Assembly (NCBI GenBank): GCA_030603385.1
Contig: JAUVXW010000003.1
Location: 64,001-128,000, forward strand
Length of the DNA stretch: 64,000 nucleotides
Direction of reading: 5' to 3'
From: Promethearchaeota archaeon
GTDB lineage: Archaea > Asgardarchaeota > Lokiarchaeia > Sigyniarchaeales > SOKP01
The translations under genes were made by a program, and so were the position numbers. This document shows positions 19,614 through 28,206 of this stretch, piece by piece. Under the pieces are notes generated by a model that had not been told where the DNA came from, did not search any database, and saw only the letters and a program-made list of their open reading frames with translations. Position 1 is the stretch's first letter. Each line of letters opens with the position of its first letter.

Positions 19614-20480
19614 ATAATATCAAGAAATGACTTTAAGATTTTTGACGCGCATCTTCACACTTATGGTGTGTTCCTTAATCCTCATAAAGATATAATAAGT
19701 TATATGGATCAATACAATGTAGAAAAGGCGATTATTACAACAATTAATAGAACCAAATATCACGAAAGACAGAAAGAAGTTGCTTCTACAATAAGTGAAG
19801 GGGATAAGATTACTAAATTTATGGCTGATTTTAAGAAATTAATGACTAAAGGTCAACTTGATCATACCGATGTTAAAGAAATTGCGAAAAAAGCTCCTGA
19901 TCGTTTTTACAAATTTTTTTGGTTTAATCCAAAAATGGATTCAGAAGAACAAGAAGAAGATTATAGGATTTTAGAAGATCATTTTAAGGAAGGATTTTGT
20001 GGTGTTAAGATACATTCAGGTTTTCACGCTATCAAGGTACCAAATGATATCCAAAAGCTAATTTCATTTATGCAAGATTATGATAAAAATTTAATATTTT
20101 ACATACACTCACTTCCTAAAACGTCCTTTTTTGGGGGTGTATCAACAAGAGACATTGCGAATTTGGCGTCAAAAAATCCTAATCTAAGGATTATAGTAGG
20201 CCATGCGGCCAATACAATGTCATATGCACTCGATGTCGGAATGACATTGAGGAGGTATGAAAATATCTATTTTGAAACATCTTGTTCTGTTTCTTTTGGT
20301 ATTTATAATCTAATCAAGACAATTGGTCATGAAAAAATCTTGTTTGGTTCAGATTCACCTACAGCATCTACATTACCAATAGAAATTGAGAAAATTCTAT
20401 CCTTACCTAGAATCTCTCATGAAGAAAAACAAGATATATTATATAATAATGTGAATACTTTACTGGAAATGAAATCTTAG
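19614..20480 (+). CDS. Amidohydrolase_2 family metal-dependent hydrolase (probable ATA start)
   Basis: DAHLH motif encoded at 19644-19658, upstream of the first GTG (19668); GVKIH, IVGHA, YFETS and LFGSDSP motifs. Confidence 0.85.
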   Translation: MISRNDFKIFDAHLHTYGVFLNPHKDIISYMDQYNVEKAIITTINRTKYHERQKEVASTISEGDKITKFMADFKKLMTKGQLDHTDVKEIAKKAPDRFYKFFWFNPKMDSEEQEEDYRILEDHFKEGFCGVKIHSGFHAIKVPNDIQKLISFMQDYDKNLIFYIHSLPKTSFFGGVSTRDIANLASKNPNLRIIVGHAANTMSYALDVGMTLRRYENIYFETSCSVSFGIYNLIKTIGHEKILFGSDSPTASTLPIEIEKILSLPRISHEEKQDILYNNVNTLLEMKS

Positions 20481-20751
20481 AATTCCCTTGCACTTTTTAT
20501 GTTAGAATAATCTTAATTTTTTAAAATTTTTTGATTATTTGCAGACAGTTAATCATTTAATTAAATCCAATTCAAAGCCCTTTTCTCAAGTGTTAAAATT
20601 ATTAACCATTTAATTTTTTATCAACTTACTATTAAAATTTGAGATAATTAAACCATATTCAATCTTTTATTTCTATTTTAATAATAAATCAATTAAAAGA
20701 GAAATCCTATTTTATTTTAATTATTAAGAAAAAAATTCATAGGATGATTAA

Positions 20752-21321
20752 GTGAGTTATTTAAGGGATAATAAAATCTGGGAAGAAGAAGAAGATCTAA
20801 ATTGGGATGTTATAGAAATTTCGAAAGTTGACGACAAAATTATTAGATATTTACTTGATAACTTAAAATTGGATAAATCCGATTTATCAGATAATTTTTT
20901 CATTGCCTTTGAAAGTCTATTGAAGATTGGTAAGAAAACAGAAAATGTTTTAGATTCTTATATTAGAGAAACGAATGAAATTCATAATTTTAAAATAGAT
21001 GTTTTCAATTTTATGCTAGATTTCATTAAAAGCAATAAGATTGAATATCTCTTAGTTCCACACTTATATGACCCCGATTTTATTACTAGAGCCAGAACAA
21101 TATTTAAGATTGAACAAGCTGGAGATAAAAAATATTTAAAATTTATATTACCGTTATTGAATGATCCTGACGATTCTGTTCGTTGGGCAGTATTACGATT
21201 TTTGGATACCTTTGATATGATGAAAAATCCTTTAGTTTGTAAAGAACTAAAATGCTTTATAGAAAAAGAATCAAATCCTATAATTAAAGAAAAGGGTAAA
21301 GAAATCTTTAAAAAAACATGA
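20752..21321 (+). CDS. HEAT-repeat-containing protein
   Basis: LYDPDFITRARTI, LLNDPDDSVRWAV and EKESNPIIKE are HEAT/PBS-lyase-like repeats. Confidence 0.7.
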   Translation: MSYLRDNKIWEEEEDLNWDVIEISKVDDKIIRYLLDNLKLDKSDLSDNFFIAFESLLKIGKKTENVLDSYIRETNEIHNFKIDVFNFMLDFIKSNKIEYLLVPHLYDPDFITRARTIFKIEQAGDKKYLKFILPLLNDPDDSVRWAVLRFLDTFDMMKNPLVCKELKCFIEKESNPIIKEKGKEIFKKT

Positions 21322-21366
21322 TAATTTGTGTTTATTCAAGCTTTTATTAAACCAAATTACTTCTTA

Positions 21367-22413
21367 TTAGTATAGTGTACTAATAAATTTCGTCATGTAA
21401 TTTTTGAGAATTGGTATCAAATCATTTTTCCATGCAAGTCCATCTAATTTTCGCACTTTATTAATCCTATTAAAACTGTTCATAGTATTCGATACTGAGC
21501 GTTTAATGTTGTCTAAAGTATTATTTTTTCTAAATTTTTCTGATAAAGCTGAAGTTATATCTTCTGCTAAATTTTGGGTCAATAAATCTTTAAAATCATC
21601 AAAATTATAGATTGTTCCGAATTTGAAATATGATGATAAAAATTGAGAAACAGCACTTTCAATTTCTTTTTGAGAAATTTCAATTTTTCTTATGCAAAAT
21701 GTTCTAATTACTCTTTCTAATAAATATCCATTAAACCTTTTTTCCAATTCTGATTGAACAACTTTGTTTTTTTTAAATTTAAGCTCTTTTCTCATCTTTT
21801 CTTCTTTTCTGGCAAATAAGACGTTTTCATAATCTTTTACAATTATAACTGATAAACCAGACCTTAAAACTATGATATTGGTGTCTAACTTTTCCAATCC
21901 TTGAAAGTGGGTTGGTACTTTATCAATATGCCTTTCTAAAATGTCTTTTATATTGAGGTTTTTTGAATCATATGGGCTGAAAAAGATTTCATACAACGCA
22001 CTAAAATTATATTCGCGAATATCTGATTTAAGTAATTTTCTTATATACTTATCGTACTTTAAGAAGAATCTAAAAATACTGTCATCAACAGCTAAACTTA
22101 AATTATTAAACGGATATTGAGCTCTAACTAGATATTTCTTATATTCTAATCTGATTTTTTGAGCCCTTATCCATTCGAATGCCAAATCTAAGATTTCTTT
22201 ACCTTCCACAATTTTATCTCTGAAATATATTAATGTGTTATAAACCTCTTTGTAATCAGACCCTATTGACTGGTTAACTAAAAACCTTGACGTAAGTTGA
22301 ATTGGACTTAAATTTTTGAATTGATTCTTAAGCCTTTCATAATATCTTAAAATTTTATCTTTTTCAATGTTATATACTTGTTCAAAATCCAATTCTTCCA
22401 TTTTAATCATCAA
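21367..22413 (-). CDS. Hypothetical alpha-helical protein
   Basis: 348-aa ORF overlapping the upstream gene by 4 nt (ATGA coupling). Confidence 0.7.
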   Translation of the reverse strand: MMIKMEELDFEQVYNIEKDKILRYYERLKNQFKNLSPIQLTSRFLVNQSIGSDYKEVYNTLIYFRDKIVEGKEILDLAFEWIRAQKIRLEYKKYLVRAQYPFNNLSLAVDDSIFRFFLKYDKYIRKLLKSDIREYNFSALYEIFFSPYDSKNLNIKDILERHIDKVPTHFQGLEKLDTNIIVLRSGLSVIIVKDYENVLFARKEEKMRKELKFKKNKVVQSELEKRFNGYLLERVIRTFCIRKIEISQKEIESAVSQFLSSYFKFGTIYNFDDFKDLLTQNLAEDITSALSEKFRKNNTLDNIKRSVSNTMNSFNRINKVRKLDGLAWKNDLIPILKNYMTKFISTLY

Positions 22414-23462
22414 ACCTCAAATTCAAAATCAGCATCACCATCAAGAACTTCTCCGATTCTATTAAGTTCCTCATCTAAAATTGTTCCCCATCTTTCCTCT
22501 TTAAAATGAGGGTTTATTAATCTAAGAATTTCTTTTAGATCTTTTTTACTATCTAATATAAGCCTTAATTTTTTTCTAAAATATGATATATTCTTATTCA
22601 TTTCTGTAACTTCGTTTTGTTGAACTAAAATTACACCGTAACTATTAAGTATACCATTATCCAAAGTAAATTCTTCTAAATAAACAACTTTTTTATTCTC
22701 ATAACATAGATTGATTGATCTAATACTAGGGTGCACTCCTTTTTTATTATATAGCTCTAGGGTTTCATTTATCAAGTGTTCATAATAATCTGGTAGAATT
22801 GACACAACGTAATAGGAGGGAATAAAATCTAAATATCTTTTTCTGAGAGGATCATTTTTATCAAAAGTATAAAGGTTGGAAACTCTTATATCTTCAGAGT
22901 TTTTCCTTTCAATTAATCCCACACAATAATATCTTTGCCCTTCTTCCCAATACATCTTTCTAGAAGACCCAAGAGAGTACTCTATTAGATTAATCCCTCT
23001 ATATAATTCAGCTTCTATGAATCGGGAAAAGTTAAAACGACTTCCCAACAAATTTTCGTTTACTACTTTACCTTGCATAATGCTGGGATGAATGTATTCT
23101 GAAATTTTATCATAAATCAGTTTTGTATCTTCTGTAAAAGGAGTACTTATTAAAGCAAAAAGATTTGTTGATCCTTCTAAAGTGTCTATTGAGGAATTGA
23201 GAGTAAAAAAAGATTGAATTACATCTGCTTCAATGGCTTTTGAATAGCGCAAAGATAAAGAAGCTTCGATAGATTCAATTTTCCAATTATTTCCGATTCC
23301 ACTCGCCGCGGTTAAAAAAACAGGACCTAAGAATTTAAAGGAAAGCATTTTCAGCTCATTCCTTTTCTCCTCACTAAAATCATCTGAACATTTAATATTA
23401 TCAAATACCAAATTATCCTCGTCAGCATAGAATAGTCCTAAAATTATTTCCTTGTCATTCAT
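22410..23462 (-). CDS. Hypothetical protein, possibly two tandem longin/uDENN-like alpha-beta domains
   Basis: 350-aa ORF; two segments with a beta-beta-alpha-beta-beta-alpha hydrophobicity pattern (fold is inference). Confidence 0.6.
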   Translation of the reverse strand: MNDKEIILGLFYADEDNLVFDNIKCSDDFSEEKRNELKMLSFKFLGPVFLTAASGIGNNWKIESIEASLSLRYSKAIEADVIQSFFTLNSSIDTLEGSTNLFALISTPFTEDTKLIYDKISEYIHPSIMQGKVVNENLLGSRFNFSRFIEAELYRGINLIEYSLGSSRKMYWEEGQRYYCVGLIERKNSEDIRVSNLYTFDKNDPLRKRYLDFIPSYYVVSILPDYYEHLINETLELYNKKGVHPSIRSINLCYENKKVVYLEEFTLDNGILNSYGVILVQQNEVTEMNKNISYFRKKLRLILDSKKDLKEILRLINPHFKEERWGTILDEELNRIGEVLDGDADFEFEV

Positions 23463-23606
23463 TTACATTATTCTCATAGATATGGTTTTTTGCTGCTCCC
23501 ATTAAAAAATAAACCACATTGTTTTAAGTTTAAGCTTTTCAGAAAATCTACTTCTAAATGATACGTACAAAAGTATAGGTTTTAATATTAAAAGTTGTTA
23601 AGAATA

Positions 23607-23620
23607 CCCTTAGGTAAGGG
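23607..23620. promoter_or_regulatory. Perfect inverted repeat CCCTTA-GG-TAAGGG in a divergent intergenic region
   Basis: Read directly from the sequence; GC-rich dyad in an AT-rich spacer between divergent genes. Confidence 0.35.
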
Positions 23621-23852
23621 AAGTTATCTATTTACTGATTTATCAATTTTTGTGGTAAAACTCGAATTCCCTATGTTTTCTAAAGAGTTAATGAAGTATG
23701 TTTGTACTGATGATTTATACAAAAAAATTTCAGACTACATTTATAAGAATTCATTTCCATTAGAAATATAATTATCGAGTGGTATAATAATATAAAAATT
23801 TATTAAATTAAATAATAATTAATATATCTAATTATAATTAGGATTTATAAAA

Positions 23853-24383
23853 ATGTCTCATTACGATTACACATTTAAGATTCTTCTTCTTGGAGATGCA
23901 TCCGTTGGTAAAACATCGTTCACAAAACGCTATTGTTATAATATTTTCAACCCAAGTGAAAGATTAACGATTGGTGTTGACTTCCATGTTAAAACAATTG
24001 AATTGAATGAAACTAAAATAAAACTTCAAATATGGGATGTCGGTGGAGAAGAACGGTTTAGATTCCTTTTACCGACATATTGTTTAGGTGCCAATGCTGC
24101 ATTTCTACTTTATGACATAACAAGACCTTCTACTCTGGATAATATTTCAGAATGGATGACAATTGTCAGACAAAAGGGCGGACCTATACCAATAATGCTC
24201 GTTGGTTCTAAAATTGATCTTTCGAAAAGTTCTCGAAAAGTTCCAAGAGAATATGGTATTCAAATCGCTGAAAAAAATAACATGGCGAGTTTTGTTGAAA
24301 TTTCAGCCAAAGAAAATGTTAATGTTGATGAAGGTTTTAAAGTTCTCACCGAACTGACATTGGATAAGACTAATAATAGGTGA
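23853..24383 (+). CDS. Rab-like small GTPase (Ras superfamily)
   Basis: G1 GDASVGKT, G2 TIGVDF, G3 WDVGG, RabF-like KLQIWD and RFRFL, G4 GSKID, G5 SAK; no C-terminal Cys prenylation motif. Confidence 0.93.
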   Translation: MSHYDYTFKILLLGDASVGKTSFTKRYCYNIFNPSERLTIGVDFHVKTIELNETKIKLQIWDVGGEERFRFLLPTYCLGANAAFLLYDITRPSTLDNISEWMTIVRQKGGPIPIMLVGSKIDLSKSSRKVPREYGIQIAEKNNMASFVEISAKENVNVDEGFKVLTELTLDKTNNR

Positions 24384-24387
24384 TGTA

Positions 24388-25353
24388 ATGGAAGATACCA
24401 AATATTTATCTCTCAGCCAATTATTTGATTCCATTGGTGTTATTGAAAAAGGTATAGAAAGAATTTACCATTACATACTAGTTAATAAAAGAATTGATAA
24501 TTTAAAGGATGTGTGTGATCAATTTAGTCTCTCTTTAAAACGGGGATATAAAATCTGTTCAGTGCTCAGCGATTTAGAACTTGTTCAGATTTATGATAGA
24601 CCAATGAAAATTCACCTGGCAAACCCTATTTTAGGTTTATGGCAAAATCTTGTTAATAAAAGAATAGAGAATCTCCAAAATGAATTTGATGAGAAGAGAG
24701 ACAAATGTGAAATCTCGCTAGATGTTTTTATAAAGAACTTCAAATTGGAAGAACAAGTGGCTCAAGTACCTGTTGAATTTGTCAACTATGATGTGAAAAA
24801 TTTTGATGAAAGCTATTATTCGTTTTTAGCTGAAAAAGAATGTAAAATAGCGATAGGCATCAGATATCACAGTCCTTTAATCGATTTGATCCAAGAGTAT
24901 GGTTTTACCCGTATTCCAGAAGAAATTGGTGAATCTATGAAGGCAGGAATGATCAGAATTAAAGAAAACCTTAAAAATATTAAGGTACAAGTTATTTTTC
25001 ATTCTGATGTAGTTAAGGACCTTATAAGCAGTGAAGAATTTGGACTTCTTACAAAACATATTAATCCTATGAATATGGAATTTAAAAATCTTAAAATTCA
25101 TGTAACAGACGAAAATTTTAGTAATTTTAGCCTTTCTGATAGTGAATTTATTATTCAACCAAGTTTTGACCCGACAAATATCTTAATTGGGGCATATATC
25201 TCTCGAAATAGAAATATTTATCAGATCTTCGATACAAAATTTAATGAGATATTTAAAACTGGAATTACTATCGAAGAATTTTTACAAAAGGATAAAAGTT
25301 TAAATATGGATTCTATTACAATAGCCCAATCCTTTGCTTTATGTGTATTGTAA
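24388..25353 (+). CDS. TrmB-like transcriptional regulator (N-terminal winged HTH, coiled coil, effector domain)
   Basis: IERIYHYIL...LKDVCDQFSLSLKRGYKICSVLSDLELVQ...RPMKIHLANP matches the TrmB wHTH pattern, followed by a coiled coil. Confidence 0.6.
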   Translation: MEDTKYLSLSQLFDSIGVIEKGIERIYHYILVNKRIDNLKDVCDQFSLSLKRGYKICSVLSDLELVQIYDRPMKIHLANPILGLWQNLVNKRIENLQNEFDEKRDKCEISLDVFIKNFKLEEQVAQVPVEFVNYDVKNFDESYYSFLAEKECKIAIGIRYHSPLIDLIQEYGFTRIPEEIGESMKAGMIRIKENLKNIKVQVIFHSDVVKDLISSEEFGLLTKHINPMNMEFKNLKIHVTDENFSNFSLSDSEFIIQPSFDPTNILIGAYISRNRNIYQIFDTKFNEIFKTGITIEEFLQKDKSLNMDSITIAQSFALCVL

Positions 25354-25405
25354 GGTTACTTGATTTGAATAAAAAAATTAAAAATTATTAAAAAAACTAG
25401 TAGAA

Positions 25406-26980
25406 CTATTTATCTTCTTGTTCTCTCTTTTGTTTTGCTATTAAAGCTTTTCTAAACTTTTCAAGCATTGCTCTTGGTGTTACTGTGTAATCTTCTTGTC
25501 GTTCAAATCTTTTTAAGTTTTTCTTAATTCCAAATAAATATTTAGCAATATCTTTAAGCTTCTCTAATGGATATCGTCCCATCATTGCAATAGTTTCCAT
25601 TTGGGGTGATCCACCACCATGAAGTCCAGCAACTTGCAATAGACCTGCAATATCAGAACATCCAATACATTCAATTCCTTTAAAACATTTTAGGACATTC
25701 TCTGGGGACACTCTTGGATTTCTTTGCATATACTTCATTGCTAAAGGCCCTACTTCTTTATCATAGAATGTATCGAGAAATGGCAGTGTTGCCATTAATC
25801 CACCTGCCAAATCAGCCAAAATCTTATATTCTTCATATATTTGCTCCCCCGCAAGTTTACGCCCCGCATTCGTAAGAATCTCATCTGGAACTTGAGTACC
25901 AGATGGAGCTTTTTCAGAATGGAGAGCACTTGATTCACCTGCAGCAAAAACTAATTCTGCTGTTCCTAAAATATGTGAAAGCTTATCTCTTACATGGGAT
26001 GTGCTTTGAATTCCATTATACTCTGCAACTAGAGCAGCAGCACTGGCTAGCACTTCTGACATTGCTGCTTTACAACCTGTGTAAGAATGACGATGATAAT
26101 GTGCAAACATTAAAGCTAAAAATCCTGCAAAAGGTGTTTGTTTATGATCTGCATGACCATTTAAAAAAACTCGTTCTTTGGGGATGAAGACGTCATCAAA
26201 TATTATAAATGTTTCACTGTCACCGAGAGCTAAGGCTGCAGATTTCATACTCTCTGGAACATTTTTAGGTTGATGAAAATATGCAGGTCTTACAAGTAAT
26301 TTTACACCCTCCCAATCAGCTGGGATTGCAAAAGCAACTGCATAATCGTGATCATCTGGCATCATCATTCGACAGGGAACCGCGATTATCTCATGTATAT
26401 AAGGTGTATTGGTGATACTACATTTTGCACCGCGGACTATAATGCCATCATCTCTCGTTTCGACAATCCGTAAATATGCATCTGGATTTTCTTGTTGCGA
26501 AGGGCGTTTTAAGCGATCACCCTTAACATCAGTCGACGCACAAGAGCCCGCTAAATCATTTTCTTGAAAATATTTTAAGAACTTTTCGAAATTTTCATAA
26601 TAATTTGTTCCTAATGCTTGATCACATTCATAAGTAATAACAGAAAGAGCATTTAGGGCGTCTATTCCCATACATCTTTGAATACAGCCTGAAACTCTAT
26701 GGCATAAAACTCTAGTCATTCTTTGCTTTTTAAATAAATCCTCTTTACTCTGATGGATGTGGCAAAATCTATTTATCTTTTCTCCAGTTAAGTGAGAGGT
26801 TGCCGTACATAGATCTTCAAATTTCTTATCGTGAGCAAGGTCATATGTCTCGCGCATGATATTAATTCCGCCTCTTATTCGAGGATCATCTCGACCAACC
26901 ACTTCGTCACCTATCCATATGTTCTTTTTCATCAAGTAGAGTGACTCAAGATATTCTTCAAAAGTTTTCATAATTAGCAA
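25406..26980 (-). CDS. abfD: 4-hydroxybutyryl-CoA dehydratase / vinylacetyl-CoA isomerase family
   Basis: [4Fe-4S] ligand motifs CIQRCMG and HRHSYTGCK, plus TDVKGDR and HGGGSP. Confidence 0.85.
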   Translation of the reverse strand: MLIMKTFEEYLESLYLMKKNIWIGDEVVGRDDPRIRGGINIMRETYDLAHDKKFEDLCTATSHLTGEKINRFCHIHQSKEDLFKKQRMTRVLCHRVSGCIQRCMGIDALNALSVITYECDQALGTNYYENFEKFLKYFQENDLAGSCASTDVKGDRLKRPSQQENPDAYLRIVETRDDGIIVRGAKCSITNTPYIHEIIAVPCRMMMPDDHDYAVAFAIPADWEGVKLLVRPAYFHQPKNVPESMKSAALALGDSETFIIFDDVFIPKERVFLNGHADHKQTPFAGFLALMFAHYHRHSYTGCKAAMSEVLASAAALVAEYNGIQSTSHVRDKLSHILGTAELVFAAGESSALHSEKAPSGTQVPDEILTNAGRKLAGEQIYEEYKILADLAGGLMATLPFLDTFYDKEVGPLAMKYMQRNPRVSPENVLKCFKGIECIGCSDIAGLLQVAGLHGGGSPQMETIAMMGRYPLEKLKDIAKYLFGIKKNLKRFERQEDYTVTPRAMLEKFRKALIAKQKREQEDK

Positions 26981-27148
26981 TAATATCTTATTTTAAAAAA
27001 ATTTTCAGAAATTAAACTTAAAACACATATCAAGAATTAACTATTTTTACTTATTTTCATTAAAAAATATAATTATTAGGAAATAAGTTGATTAACAAAA
27101 TCATTTAATTGATTTTGTTTTATCTGTTCAATAAAAAATCGTCGATAT

Positions 27149-28135
27149 ATGAATGAAGAATTAACTCCAGAAAAAATTCAAAAAAGTTTTCTAAATGGAG
27201 ATATAACTAAAGAAGATACTGCTGATCGTTTAATCTCATTAATTGATAGAAGCGAGGATGCGAAAGTTCGGACAGCAAGTATTGAAGCATTGGAAAAAAT
27301 AGATTTTAAGGATGAAATTATTTTTAAAATTCTTGAAAATCATTTAGTATCTGATGAGAATGCTAGTGTTAGAGCTTCAGCAGCAAAAGTTATTATTCTA
27401 AACTTTCTAGATGAAGGATTAGAACCTTTAGAATGGACTACTAAGCATGATAAATCACCTTTAGTTATGAAAGCGATTTTTGATACATTTGCGAGTAAGA
27501 AAATCTCAAACCACGAAGCAATCGAGAAAAACTTAAGTAGTTTTCTGGAGACATTCGCTTTAAATTTGGGGGTTGCGTTTGAAGAAGCTAGGTTTTTTTT
27601 GGATTTAGAAGCTATATTTTCGAAAGGTAAGAGAAGTTATGAAGTTAATCCTCTTGATTATAAAAATTTTGAAGTACTGTATGATTATAAAGATTCTGAA
27701 CCATGGTTAGTGATAAAAAATAAGCACGTTGTGGTCCTTAACCTAAATTTTTTCAATTGGAGATTTGTTAAGGAAAATGGGGAGCTTCTTAATTCCTTTT
27801 CAAAATTAAAATACTTGGACATCTATCTCAATATGATTAAAAAATACAATAATTTTAATCTTGAATATACCAAAGTTCCTGAATCAATTGGTAGACTTAC
27901 ATCCCTCAAAAAGTTAGCATTAGCAAGAAATAATCTTCAGAGTATTCCTGAATCAATAAAAAATTTAAATTTGCTTTCAGAGTTAGATTTAAGCCATAAT
28001 CAATTTCAAGAAATCCCTCTAAGTTTAAAATCACTTAATTCACTTGAGCTATTAAATATGAAAAGCAATAATCTTCAGAGCGTTCCTCAATCAATGAAGA
28101 ATTTTGTGAATTCTCTTGCAGATTTTAAATTATAA
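27149..28135 (+). CDS. HEAT-repeat plus leucine-rich-repeat protein
   Basis: N-terminal HEAT-like repeats (EDAKVRTASIEAL, DENASVRASAA); C-terminal LxxLxLxxNxLxxIP repeats. Confidence 0.85.
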   Translation: MNEELTPEKIQKSFLNGDITKEDTADRLISLIDRSEDAKVRTASIEALEKIDFKDEIIFKILENHLVSDENASVRASAAKVIILNFLDEGLEPLEWTTKHDKSPLVMKAIFDTFASKKISNHEAIEKNLSSFLETFALNLGVAFEEARFFLDLEAIFSKGKRSYEVNPLDYKNFEVLYDYKDSEPWLVIKNKHVVVLNLNFFNWRFVKENGELLNSFSKLKYLDIYLNMIKKYNNFNLEYTKVPESIGRLTSLKKLALARNNLQSIPESIKNLNLLSELDLSHNQFQEIPLSLKSLNSLELLNMKSNNLQSVPQSMKNFVNSLADFKL

Positions 28136-28206
28136 ATACGAGTCTTAGATAATTAGTTAAATTTTAAAATTGAGAATAATATCATTAATTAATTTTTATT
28201 AATATA

